The notes under the pieces are model-generated. The model saw only the letters and a program-made list of their open reading frames with translations. It did no database searches and was not told where the DNA came from. Positions 36,219-45,071 of a stretch of DNA of 64,000 bases are shown here, piece after piece (position 1 is the stretch's first letter; each line of letters starts with the position of its first letter). The stretch spans positions 344,668 to 408,667 of the forward strand of contig CAWDNJ010000001.1 in the NCBI GenBank assembly GCA_963803635.1, read 5' to 3'. The translations under genes and the position numbers were made by a program. The DNA is from an uncultured Acidobacteriota bacterium. GTDB lineage: Bacteria > Acidobacteriota > Terriglobia > Acidiferrales > UBA7541.

Positions 36219-37769
36219 TCATACGAGGGCCACGCGGGCCGTCAAATCGCCTCTCGCGCCGCGCTCGCGTTTGCGCAGTTCGCTTTTCAGCAAGTCGCAA
36301 AATGTTTCGACGCCCTTGGCGATGCGCTTTTCGTCGACGGCCGAGAATCCAAGGCGCAGCGTGTTCGGCTGCGGATGCTGCGAAAAGAAATGCCGCCCCG
36401 GCAGGAAGACGACGCCGCGCTCGCGCGCGTGAATCAGCAACTCGCCTGCATCGAAACCGGGCGGCAGCGTCACCCAGAGGCTCATCCCGCCCTCGGGGCG
36501 CGTCCACGACGTTTGCTCCGGCATATGCTTTTCGAGCGCCTGCTCCATCGCTTCGAGGCGGCTGCGATACACCTTTTTCATCTTTGCGAGATGCTTCGTG
36601 AAATAGCCGCGGTGCATGAATTCGGCGATAGCCGCTTGCGAAAGCTGGTCGGTGTGCAGGTCGGTCGACTGTTTCACGAGGCGCAGCCGCTCGATCGCGC
36701 TTTCGGGGCCGATGCACCAGCCGACCCGCAGCCCGGGAAACGCGGTCTTCGAGAAGCTGTCGATCTGGATCACGTTGCCAGCGGTATCGAGCGCCTTCAG
36801 TGACGGAATCGGATTGCCTCGCAGCCGCAACCGCGCGTAAATCCCGTCCTCGATCACCGGCACCTGAAAGCGCGCCGCAAGTTCCAAGAGCGCCCGCCTG
36901 CGCGCGACCGGCAGCGCCGTTCCCGTGGGATTGTGAAAATCCGGCGTGACGAGAATGAATTTCACGCGATTCTGCATAAGCACCGTCTCGAGCGCGTCGA
37001 TATCGAGTCCCGGGTGGCCCGTGCGCGTTGCATCCGGCTCCACGCCGACGGCCAGCGGACGGACCCGCGCACCCGCAAGGATCGCAATCGCGCCCGGATA
37101 GCTTGGATTTTCGAGCGCCACCGAATCTCCGGGCCGCAGAAACGCCCTGCAGACGAGGTCGATCGCCTGCTGGCAGCCGTCGGTGATCAGCAGTTGCTCG
37201 GGCTTTACATTCAGCCCCTCGCTGCGAAACAAGCTGATCAGTTCCCGCTTGAGCGGATCGTAGCCGTCCGTGGAGCCGAATTGAAGGATGCGCCGCCCCT
37301 CGTGGCGCAGCACCGCGTTCGCGGAATGGCGAAATTCTTCGAGCGGAAACGTCTCGTCGGGAGGCCGCGCGACGGTGAACGCGATCGCGCCGGGCGGAAT
37401 GCGCGGCATCATGCGGCTGAGGCTCTCTTCGGCGCGATCGTCGGCAAAGAGCGCTTCCCAGCGCATCGGGCCGTTGTGTCCGTTCCCATTGCCATTGGAG
37501 CGCGGCGGCGGTGAAAACTGCTTTTCGGGGATCGCGCAGATGTACGTGCCGCGGCCCACGTGGCCCTGAATCAGCCCCTCGGATTCGAGTTCGGCGTAGG
37601 CGTTTGCGACAGTCGTGCGATGCACGCCAAGCTGGCCGGCCAGTTCTCGGCTCGCGGGAATGCGGTCGCCCGAGCGCAGCTCGCCCGAATGGACGAGCGC
37701 GCGCAGCTGGTCGCGCAGCTGCACGTACAGCGGAATGTGGCTTTCGGACTGTAAATGAAGAGGCAGCAT
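36219..37769 (-). CDS. MocR-type regulator (GntR HTH fused to aminotransferase-fold domain); candidate PdxR
   Basis: ATG at 37769 (AGGAGAG upstream). The GntR HTH is PLYVQLRDQLRALVHSGELRSGDRIPASRELAGQLGVHRTTVANAYAELESEGLI. It also has a fold-type-I PLP domain with a SFSK lysine motif. The longer ORF start at 37943 reads through a REP element. Confidence 0.88.
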   Translation of the reverse strand: MLPLHLQSESHIPLYVQLRDQLRALVHSGELRSGDRIPASRELAGQLGVHRTTVANAYAELESEGLIQGHVGRGTYICAIPEKQFSPPPRSNGNGNGHNGPMRWEALFADDRAEESLSRMMPRIPPGAIAFTVARPPDETFPLEEFRHSANAVLRHEGRRILQFGSTDGYDPLKRELISLFRSEGLNVKPEQLLITDGCQQAIDLVCRAFLRPGDSVALENPSYPGAIAILAGARVRPLAVGVEPDATRTGHPGLDIDALETVLMQNRVKFILVTPDFHNPTGTALPVARRRALLELAARFQVPVIEDGIYARLRLRGNPIPSLKALDTAGNVIQIDSFSKTAFPGLRVGWCIGPESAIERLRLVKQSTDLHTDQLSQAAIAEFMHRGYFTKHLAKMKKVYRSRLEAMEQALEKHMPEQTSWTRPEGGMSLWVTLPPGFDAGELLIHARERGVVFLPGRHFFSQHPQPNTLRLGFSAVDEKRIAKGVETFCDLLKSELRKRERGARGDLTARVALV

Positions 37770-37984
37770 TGGCTCTCTCCTGCAGGCCAATATAGAGTAC
37801 AACGCTGGAGTGTAAAGAGCCAATTTGGCCAGGACTCGATTTCGCGAACCGGAGGCTTCGGCGGGATCACGGACCGCGAAGCAAGCTTCGCGGCAAAAGG
37901 GCGGCGGCCCTTCGACAGGCTCAGGACAAGCGAGCCGCCGCACTCCACAGGCTCAGTGCCGGGCTCGGCGCCGAAGATATTGGC

Positions 37985-38503
37985 TTACTCGCCGAACAAT
38001 TTCGATTGGGCTTCGGCGACCGCCGCGATTCCGCGCGTCGCGCGAGCCGTCCGCCGGGCCACGCCGACCACGCCCAGCACCTTCATCTCGGCGAGAGCCG
38101 AGCGCGGGATGAACATCCGCAGGACATTCCCGTGCAGATCGGGAGGGGTGAGCTGCACGCCGGTGTCGAGAAGGTCGAGCAGGTTATTCGAGACGATGCC
38201 TTCTAGCGCGTCGTCATCCCGGAATCGCAGCCGGACCCACAGGCCATCCAGCTTCGGGCGGCTCAGGAACGTCTTGCGCTCCAACTCGAATGTATCCTTG
38301 AACTCCCTGACGAAGTAGACGCATTTTACGTGTTTTAACTCGATCGCCTCGCGTTCGCCATCGAGCGTCAAAAGGTCGACCGCTTCGGTCTGCCCGAGTG
38401 AGCCCGGATTGAGGTACCCCTTCAGCGAACTGCCGTCGAGCAGCAGGACGACGACCTTCTTCAGTGTCGACGATGGAGTGCGGCTTTTCACGCTTCTGGC
38501 CAC
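37985..38503 (-). CDS. Hypothetical protein (172 aa), divergent from murJ
   Basis: It has clean coding potential and no recognised motif (KKVVVLLLDGSSLKGYLNP...VKCVYFVREF...LWVRLRFRDDDALEGIV). Confidence 0.6.
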   Translation of the reverse strand: MARSVKSRTPSSTLKKVVVLLLDGSSLKGYLNPGSLGQTEAVDLLTLDGEREAIELKHVKCVYFVREFKDTFELERKTFLSRPKLDGLWVRLRFRDDDALEGIVSNNLLDLLDTGVQLTPPDLHGNVLRMFIPRSALAEMKVLGVVGVARRTARATRGIAAVAEAQSKLFGE

Positions 38504-38619
38504 TTTTCGAGGCTTTTCAGCGCCCGGCAGTTGCTATCTGGGCTCACGTTATGTTATCTTCTCTTCGGGCAGTGTCAACTTGTTGGTGCTTAAAGGGTTA
38601 GCTCGGGAGTCTCCGCCGA

Positions 38620-40248
38620 TTGACCAACAAAGGACAGATCCTTCGATCGGCCTCCGTCATAGCCCTTGTCACCCTTATCAGCCGGATTTGCGGATACTTA
38701 CGCGATCAACGTGTAGCTCTCCTACTCGGGACCTCGCCAGCCGCCGATTCCTTCATCCTCGCCTTTCGCATCCCCAGCTTGATCCGCCGGATGACGGGCG
38801 AAGGGTCCCTGGGTGCCTCGCTGATCCCCGTCTTCACAGGCTACATCCGCAACCGCTCGCCCCGCGACACATGGGCCTTCGCCCAAAAGGTGTTTTGGGA
38901 CATGGCGGTTCTCCTCGCCATTATCGCCGTACTGGGCGCCGTATTCTCGCGGCAGGTGATCTATATCTTCACCATTCTGGGCGCGCACCAGAACAATCTG
39001 GCCATTTTTCTCAATCGGCTTATTTTCCCGGCGGTCTTCTTCATCGGATTGGCGGCGGTCGCAGCCGCGCTCTTGAACAGCTTTCACGTCTTCGGGCTTC
39101 CGGCGGCCACCCCGATCTTTTTCAATCTGGTCTTCATCTTGTTTTCGTTCGGCTTCATCTACCGGCCGCTGATGCACTGGGTTCCCGTCGCCTATCGTAC
39201 TCCGGCCGTCGCCCTCGCGGCAGGGATTCTGGTGGGCGGCGCCGTTGCCTTAGCCATGCAGATTCCGGCGCTGGTGCGCCGAGGCATGAGCTTCGTCCCG
39301 GAATTTTCGATTTCGGACCCCGGAGTGCGAAAGGTCGGCCGCCTGATGGGACCCGCGTTTTTCGGCATGGGCGTCTACCAGATCAATCTTTTCGTGGACA
39401 CGATCTTCGCGCTTTCGCCGCGCATGCCGACCGGCAGCGTCACGTCCCTCTACGTCGCCGACCGCTTGATGCAGCTCGTCCTCGGCAGCTACGCAATTGC
39501 AATGTCGACCGCGATCCTTCCGGCGATGTCGCACCAAATCGCCGCAGGCAAGTGGGACGAGATGAAGCACACGTTCGGCTTTTCGCTGCGCATCGTTTCG
39601 TTCATCACGATTCCGGCGGCCGTCGGCCTGATTCTTTTGCGGGGGCCGATCGTGCAGGTGTTGTTCCAACATGGTCGATTCGTCGCCGAATCGACTTCGC
39701 TCACGGCGCACGCGCTGTTTTTCTACTCGCTCGGCCTGCCGGCGTATGCGGCGATCAAGCTCATCACGCCGATGTACTACTCGACGCAGGATACGTGGAC
39801 GCCCGCGCGCGTCGGCGCCTGGGCGCTCGGCGGCAACATCCTTCTCAATACGATTTTCCTTTTGTTCTTTTACCGCTCGCTTTCGAACGGCAGCCCGGCG
39901 CTCGCGAGTTCGCTGACGGCGTATTTCAATTTCGGCGCGCTGTTTCTGCTTTTCCGCAAGCGCTACGGCCGCCTCGGCGCGAGCGGCCTGGCCGCGTCGC
40001 TCGTCAAGATCGCCGTGTGCGCCTTGGCGATGGCGTTCATTTCGTATTACGGCTTGCAGGCAGCGCATTTTTCGTCCGCCGCGCACCTCTTGACGCAGGT
40101 CGCGCTGCTCGCCGCGGTGATTCTCGTGTCGACGGCCGTCTATTTCGGCCTCGCGTGGCTGCTTCGCTGCGAGGAGCTTCGCGAGTTCTGGCAACTTATT
40201 CGGCGGACGGAGCCCAGCACGGCTCCGCTCGCCGCGGGTGAGGTTTAG
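38620..40248 (+). CDS. murJ: Lipid II flippase MurJ
   Basis: TTG start at 38620 with GGGAG upstream. The product begins ILRSASVIALVTLISRICGYLRDQRVALLLGTSPAADSFILAFRIPSLIRRMTGEGSL, typical of MurJ. It is a polytopic 542-aa protein. Confidence 0.9.
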   Translation: MTNKGQILRSASVIALVTLISRICGYLRDQRVALLLGTSPAADSFILAFRIPSLIRRMTGEGSLGASLIPVFTGYIRNRSPRDTWAFAQKVFWDMAVLLAIIAVLGAVFSRQVIYIFTILGAHQNNLAIFLNRLIFPAVFFIGLAAVAAALLNSFHVFGLPAATPIFFNLVFILFSFGFIYRPLMHWVPVAYRTPAVALAAGILVGGAVALAMQIPALVRRGMSFVPEFSISDPGVRKVGRLMGPAFFGMGVYQINLFVDTIFALSPRMPTGSVTSLYVADRLMQLVLGSYAIAMSTAILPAMSHQIAAGKWDEMKHTFGFSLRIVSFITIPAAVGLILLRGPIVQVLFQHGRFVAESTSLTAHALFFYSLGLPAYAAIKLITPMYYSTQDTWTPARVGAWALGGNILLNTIFLLFFYRSLSNGSPALASSLTAYFNFGALFLLFRKRYGRLGASGLAASLVKIAVCALAMAFISYYGLQAAHFSSAAHLLTQVALLAAVILVSTAVYFGLAWLLRCEELREFWQLIRRTEPSTAPLAAGEV

Positions 40249-41133
40249 ATGGAAGGGCACGTTCGCGAATTCCTGAATTGCCTGCGCATCGAGAAAGGCC
40301 TCTCGGACAATACGATCCTGGCTTATCGCCGCGACATCGAGAAATTCGCCGCGTTCGCCACCGAGCGCGGGCTCGGCACGAGGGAAATCACCCGCAGCGA
40401 CGTGGTCGATTTCCTCGCCTCGCTCTACAAGCGGCGCCTCGATAGCCGCTCGGTGGCGCGGCATCTCGTGACGATTCGCAATTTCTTCCGCTTTGCGCTT
40501 TTCGAGGGCTACATCGACGACGATCCCGCGGCTACCATCGAGTCGCCGAGGTTTCGCCAGAGCCTGCCCTCATTTTTGAGCATCGAGGAAGTCGATCGGC
40601 TGCTCCGACAGCCCGACACGACCAGCATCGTCGGCCTGCGCGATCGCGCCTTGATCGAGATCATGTATTCCGCCGGCCTGCGCGTTTCCGAGCTGTGCGG
40701 GCTGCGCGTCGACGATTTGCAACTCGATCCGGGCTGCCTGCGCTGCATCGGCAAGGGCAACAAGGAGCGCCTGGTTCCCGTCGGCAAGGAGGCGCTCACG
40801 ATCGTCCGGAAGTATCTTCGTACGGCTCGCCCGGAACTGCTGCGCGGCGGTTCGTCGCCGTACCTTTTTCTCAACCAACGGGGCGGTAAGCTCGACCGCA
40901 TCACTTTCTGGAAGTTGCTCGGCGCCTACGGCCGCAAGGCCGCGCTGCGAAAGCCGCTGACGCCGCACATGCTGCGTCACAGCTTCGCCACGCACCTGCT
41001 CGACCGCGGCGCGGACCTTCGCTCCGTCCAGATGATGCTCGGCCACTCGGACATTTCAACGACGCAAATCTACACGCACGTGATCGAGGAACGATTGAAG
41101 ACCGTCTACAAGGCGCACCACCCGCGCGCCTGA
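40249..41133 (+). CDS. xerD: Tyrosine recombinase XerD
   Basis: Motifs are EKGLSDNTILAYRRDIEKF, GLRVSEL, HMLRHSFATHLL and LGHSDISTTQIYTHV (the R-H-R-Y set). The start abuts the murJ stop. Confidence 0.9.
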   Translation: MEGHVREFLNCLRIEKGLSDNTILAYRRDIEKFAAFATERGLGTREITRSDVVDFLASLYKRRLDSRSVARHLVTIRNFFRFALFEGYIDDDPAATIESPRFRQSLPSFLSIEEVDRLLRQPDTTSIVGLRDRALIEIMYSAGLRVSELCGLRVDDLQLDPGCLRCIGKGNKERLVPVGKEALTIVRKYLRTARPELLRGGSSPYLFLNQRGGKLDRITFWKLLGAYGRKAALRKPLTPHMLRHSFATHLLDRGADLRSVQMMLGHSDISTTQIYTHVIEERLKTVYKAHHPRA

Positions 41134-41169
41134 TGCTCACCGCGGGACTGCCAGGAGGCGCACGACCTC

Positions 41170-42693
41170 ATGCCTGATTACATGTTCCTGCTCGAAAGCA
41201 GGCTTTCGCCGGAGCAACGCGCCGCGCTCGAGCGCGTGCAGGAGCTGTCCCGGCAGCTCGATTTGAATATCTACCTCACGGGAGGCGCGGTTCGCGACCT
41301 CATCTCCGGCCAGCCGATCCGCGACCTTGATTTCACCGTCGAAGGCAATCCGGTGCGCATGGTCCGCGAACTCGAAAAAGGCGGCGCGAAAATCACATCC
41401 GAGAGCGAAAAGCTCCGCCACTACGAAATTATCTTCGCGGGCGACGCCGACGGCTCGATTTCCGCCGCGCGCGACGACGTCTACGAAAAACCCGGAGCGA
41501 AGCCCGAATACCACTTCGCGGGCATCATGGAGGATCTGCGCCGCCGCGATTTCTCGATCAACGCCATCGCCATTTCGCTCAACGCGCAATCGCGCGGCCT
41601 GCTCCTCGATCCCACCAACGGCCTCGCCGATCTCGAACGCCAGGAGGTTCGCGCTCTCTCGATCCATGCCTTCACCAATCAGCCGATCCGCCTGATGCGC
41701 ATTCTGCGATACAGCGCCCGCATGGGTTTCAACCTCGAGTCGCGCACGCAGGAATGGTTCGACCTCGCCATGGAACGCGGCCTGAATGCCAATTTCGAAG
41801 GCGCAGAAGTCGGCCATGAACTTCGCGCCGTGGCCCGCGACGACAGTCCGGTTGCCGCGCTCAAGCTGTGGGAATCGCACGAGCTGCTCGAAGCGATTCA
41901 TCCGAAGCTGCAGCGGCGCAAGCCCGACTACGATAGCCTCAACAAGCTCGCGCGCATCCGCGGGAATTATCTCGCGGTCGGACTGCGCCCGCGCCTGCAC
42001 CTTGCCGTCACCGGCTACATTCTCGGCCGGCTGAAGGCCCGCGAGATGGCCGCCGCGCTGCGCAACTTGGAGTTCCGCGCGGCGGAAATCGATGCCATTG
42101 CCGAACTCGTTCCGGAAGCACAGAAGGTCGTGAAGATGTTGAAGGGCCGCAAGACGAACGCGCCCCGCGACGCCTACGCGTATCTCGCTTCCCTTCCCGC
42201 CGAGACGCTCGCTTTCATCGAAGTCGAGCTGCCGAATCCGCGCGCTCTCTCGAAGATTCGCAACTACATCCAGAAATGGCGCCCGCTGCGCCTCGCGCTT
42301 CCGATCGGCGAACTCGATGCGCTCGGCATCCCGCGCGGGCCGCAGTTCGACAAGATTCTCGATCAGCTCTTCGATCTCCAGTTGCGCGGCAAGGCCAGGA
42401 CTCCGGAGGACCGCACCAGAATTCTGCGCGATCTCGCGGGAATCAAGGACGAAACAAAGAAGAAACCGGAGAAGGAAAAGAAGAAAGGCAAGGGCGGCGA
42501 AGCCCCCGCGCCTGCCGCCAAAACGCCCGGCGGGAAGACCGGCGAAAAGAGCACAGCCGCTGAAGCCGGCCATAATGCGGCCGCGGCCATTGGTGCCGGC
42601 GCTCGGGCCAAGCACGAAAAAGCCGCAGCCGCGCGCCGCGCCGAGAATTCCAAATCGAAACCTCACCACCCGACGAAATCTCGCAGTCGGTGA
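41170..42693 (+). CDS. CCA-adding enzyme / poly(A) polymerase family nucleotidyltransferase with Lys-rich C-terminal tail
   Basis: The head domain has YLTGGAVRDLISGQPIRDLDFTV and RRDFSINAIA. The C-terminal ~90 aa are KKKPEKEKKKGKGGEAPAPAAK... No HD domain was noticed. Confidence 0.8.
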   Translation: MPDYMFLLESRLSPEQRAALERVQELSRQLDLNIYLTGGAVRDLISGQPIRDLDFTVEGNPVRMVRELEKGGAKITSESEKLRHYEIIFAGDADGSISAARDDVYEKPGAKPEYHFAGIMEDLRRRDFSINAIAISLNAQSRGLLLDPTNGLADLERQEVRALSIHAFTNQPIRLMRILRYSARMGFNLESRTQEWFDLAMERGLNANFEGAEVGHELRAVARDDSPVAALKLWESHELLEAIHPKLQRRKPDYDSLNKLARIRGNYLAVGLRPRLHLAVTGYILGRLKAREMAAALRNLEFRAAEIDAIAELVPEAQKVVKMLKGRKTNAPRDAYAYLASLPAETLAFIEVELPNPRALSKIRNYIQKWRPLRLALPIGELDALGIPRGPQFDKILDQLFDLQLRGKARTPEDRTRILRDLAGIKDETKKKPEKEKKKGKGGEAPAPAAKTPGGKTGEKSTAAEAGHNAAAAIGAGARAKHEKAAAARRAENSKSKPHHPTKSRSR

Positions 42694-42717
42694 GATTGTA
42701 ATCGCGCCATTCGTCCA

Positions 42718-43206
42718 ATGGTCTTGAATCGCCAGCGTCGCGTTCCAGTCCCGGTGAACGACCTCGAGCGGTTCCTCGCCCGGGCCCGCCGCGCCCTGCG
42801 CCTCGCGCCCAATTCGCTCACAGTCTGCCTTGTGACCGACGCCGAAATCGCCCGCTGGAATCGCGCCTATCGCGGCAAAGAAAAGCCGACGGACGTTCTT
42901 TCGTTCCCTGCGGATGAGAATCATCCGAGACGGACAAAGTTGCGCCGATCGCATGCCCGTCGCCGCACTTTCACCTCCGCTTCCTCTGCTTCCTCACCAT
43001 CCTCCGCCTCTTATCTCGGCGATATCGCCATCGCTCCCGCCGTCGCCAGACGCAACGCCCGCCGCTTCGGCCGCACCTTCGATGACGAAATGCGCATCCT
43101 GATCCTTCATGGCATCCTGCACCTGATGGGTTACGATCATGAGACCGACACTGGCGAGATGGATCGCCGCGAGCAGCGCCTTCGCCGCGCGCTCGGGCTT
43201 GCCTAG
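42718..43206 (+). CDS. ybeY: rRNA maturation endoribonuclease YbeY
   Basis: It has the HGILHLMGYDHETD zinc motif and TDVLSFP. It carries a basic/Ser-rich insertion (RRTKLRRSHARRRTFTSASSASSPSSAS). Confidence 0.9.
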   Translation: MVLNRQRRVPVPVNDLERFLARARRALRLAPNSLTVCLVTDAEIARWNRAYRGKEKPTDVLSFPADENHPRRTKLRRSHARRRTFTSASSASSPSSASYLGDIAIAPAVARRNARRFGRTFDDEMRILILHGILHLMGYDHETDTGEMDRREQRLRRALGLA

Positions 43207-43209
43207 ACC

Positions 43210-44499
43210 ATGACCATTCTTCTCTATACGCTCGCGGTCATCGTTCTCACGGTTGGGCTCATCGTGGTCTCTTACCTCGACCGCGTGTATCGCGAGATGG
43301 GACGCGTCTCCACCGGCCGCATCCGCGATCACATCCTCGCCTTCGAATCGGAGATCGAGCCGCGTTTCAAGCTCGACCGCACGCGCGCCGCCCTTGCCTT
43401 CAGCCTGGTCGCGCGCCTCTGGCTTGTCTTTCTCGCCGCCGTGACCGCTCTTGCGGTGAACGCGGCCGTTCCCGGCCGAGCGGAGTTCGGACTGGAAGTC
43501 GTGATCTTCCTTGCGGCCGAAGTCATGATCGCCATGCAGTTTCTGCCTTTTTTGCTTTTGGCGAGCGCGGGCGGCACCTGGATCTCGCCGCTCGTTCCGC
43601 TGGTCCGCCTGCTGCTGTGGCTCACGTGGCCGTTCTACTCGGTCCTGAATCTTCTCGCGTCGATTCTGCGCCTCTCGGAAGACGAGCCCACCGCCCCCGC
43701 CACCGAGCAACAGGCCATCGAAGCTTTCGTGGACGCCGCCACCGAGGAAGGCATCATCGAGCAAGATGAAGCGCGGCTGATCGAGCAGGTCGTCGAATTT
43801 GGCGAAAAGCGCGTGCGCGACGTAATGACGCCGCGGCCCGACGTCGTCGCGATCTCAGCCGGCGCCACCATCGACGAGCTGCGCGACCGCATCGTCGAAA
43901 CGAAATTCTCGCGCCTGCCCGTCTACGGAAAATCGCTCGACGACACGCTCGGCATCGTCGTCGCCAAAGATATGCTCGAAATTCCCGACCGGGACGCGTC
44001 GCGTCGTACCGTGCGCGAGCTGGTCCGTCCGGCGCTCTTCGTTCCCGAGACGAAATTTGGTTCCGAGCTGCTGAAGGAGATGCAGCGCAAGAATCAGCAT
44101 ATGGCTGTTGTGATCGACGAGTACGGCTTGCTCGCCGGCGTCGTTACGGTCGAGGATCTCGTCGAGGAAATCGTCGGCGAAATGGCCGAGGAGGATCGCC
44201 GCCCCGTCCCCGATGTGATCCGCGAATCGACCGGCGCGATGGTTCTTCGCGGCAGCGTCCCGGTCGACAAAGTCGCCGAGCTTTTCGGCATCGAGCTCGA
44301 CGCGCTCGCCGGCGAATCACACGCGACCACCGTCGCCGGCCTCCTGAACAGCGTCGCGGGACACGTCCCGCGCACGGGCGAAATCCTCGAGCTGGCGGGC
44401 CTCCGCTTCGAGGTCCTCGAAGCGAATCAGCGCAAAGTTCTCCGCGTCCGCGCCCGCCGCCCCGTTGCGGACGCCGCCACATCCGCCCGCACGGTGTAG
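43210..44499 (+). CDS. CNNM/DUF21 + CBS pair + CorC_HlyC domain (hemolysin-family) membrane protein
   Basis: 429 aa. The N-terminus has TM helices, a CBS region follows (VRDVMTPRPDVVAI..., MAVVIDEYGLLAGVVTVEDLVEEIVGE), and the tail is a CorC-like transporter-associated domain. Confidence 0.88.
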   Translation: MTILLYTLAVIVLTVGLIVVSYLDRVYREMGRVSTGRIRDHILAFESEIEPRFKLDRTRAALAFSLVARLWLVFLAAVTALAVNAAVPGRAEFGLEVVIFLAAEVMIAMQFLPFLLLASAGGTWISPLVPLVRLLLWLTWPFYSVLNLLASILRLSEDEPTAPATEQQAIEAFVDAATEEGIIEQDEARLIEQVVEFGEKRVRDVMTPRPDVVAISAGATIDELRDRIVETKFSRLPVYGKSLDDTLGIVVAKDMLEIPDRDASRRTVRELVRPALFVPETKFGSELLKEMQRKNQHMAVVIDEYGLLAGVVTVEDLVEEIVGEMAEEDRRPVPDVIRESTGAMVLRGSVPVDKVAELFGIELDALAGESHATTVAGLLNSVAGHVPRTGEILELAGLRFEVLEANQRKVLRVRARRPVADAATSARTV

Positions 44500-44548
44500 C
44501 GCTCTCCCAAGAACAATAGCCGGGGCCGCTGGGGCTTGTCCGAGTTAC

Positions 44549-45001
44549 CTAGCTGTCTGTGTTGATCGTCACAATTTTGAACACGCCGGGTGCAAACTCC
44601 CTAAACCAGACCTCTCCGTCTCCGACCATGAATCCCTGCGGATTAGCGGAAAGACATCGAGAGGATTTTTCGTCGAGGATTTTAGCCCTCACTTGCGCGT
44701 CAATGATTAGCCGGTATTGCCTGAGGAACGTCTTTCGATCACCCACATGTAGCTTTTTCTTCTCCATGTTCACTTCGAGCGGATAAAGAATCATCGATGC
44801 CACTTTCGCTCGATCGTTTTCCTGAACGGCCGCTTTTAACTCGGCAAGGAATTTCCTCGATTGCTTCGCTATTTCGGGGCCCATCCTGTCCACGGTGTCG
44901 CCGGGACATTCGGATTCTTGCTCGCCCTTAACTCGAGCGCCCAATGGGAAAGCCAAAGCGAGAGTCAGAATCGACAGCCAGATTTGCTTTCGGATTGTCA
45001 T
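44549..45001 (-). CDS. Hypothetical small secreted protein (lower GC)
   Basis: I prefer the ATG at 45001 (MTIRKQIWLSILTLALAFPLGARV signal peptide). No family was recognised. Confidence 0.55.
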   Translation of the reverse strand: MTIRKQIWLSILTLALAFPLGARVKGEQESECPGDTVDRMGPEIAKQSRKFLAELKAAVQENDRAKVASMILYPLEVNMEKKKLHVGDRKTFLRQYRLIIDAQVRAKILDEKSSRCLSANPQGFMVGDGEVWFREFAPGVFKIVTINTDS

Positions 45002-45071
45002 CCCTCGTCCTTGGGCTATTGAATAGCAAGGGATCGGATACCCGTGCCCATCGCACGAAGAGGCGCGGGGC

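Noticed and set aside
36219-37943. The long form of the MocR ORF (574 aa) starting at 37943.
   Set aside because: The extra 58 codons translate a REP element (ACPEPVEGPPPF...). The ATG at 37769 has an AGGAGAG SD and starts directly at the GntR HTH.
40249-41133. Tyrosine recombinase as a marker of an integrated mobile element.
   Set aside because: It has the full XerD-type sequence and sits in a tight murJ-xerD-cca-ybeY housekeeping string. There is no flanking att-like repeat, phage gene or plasmid gene.
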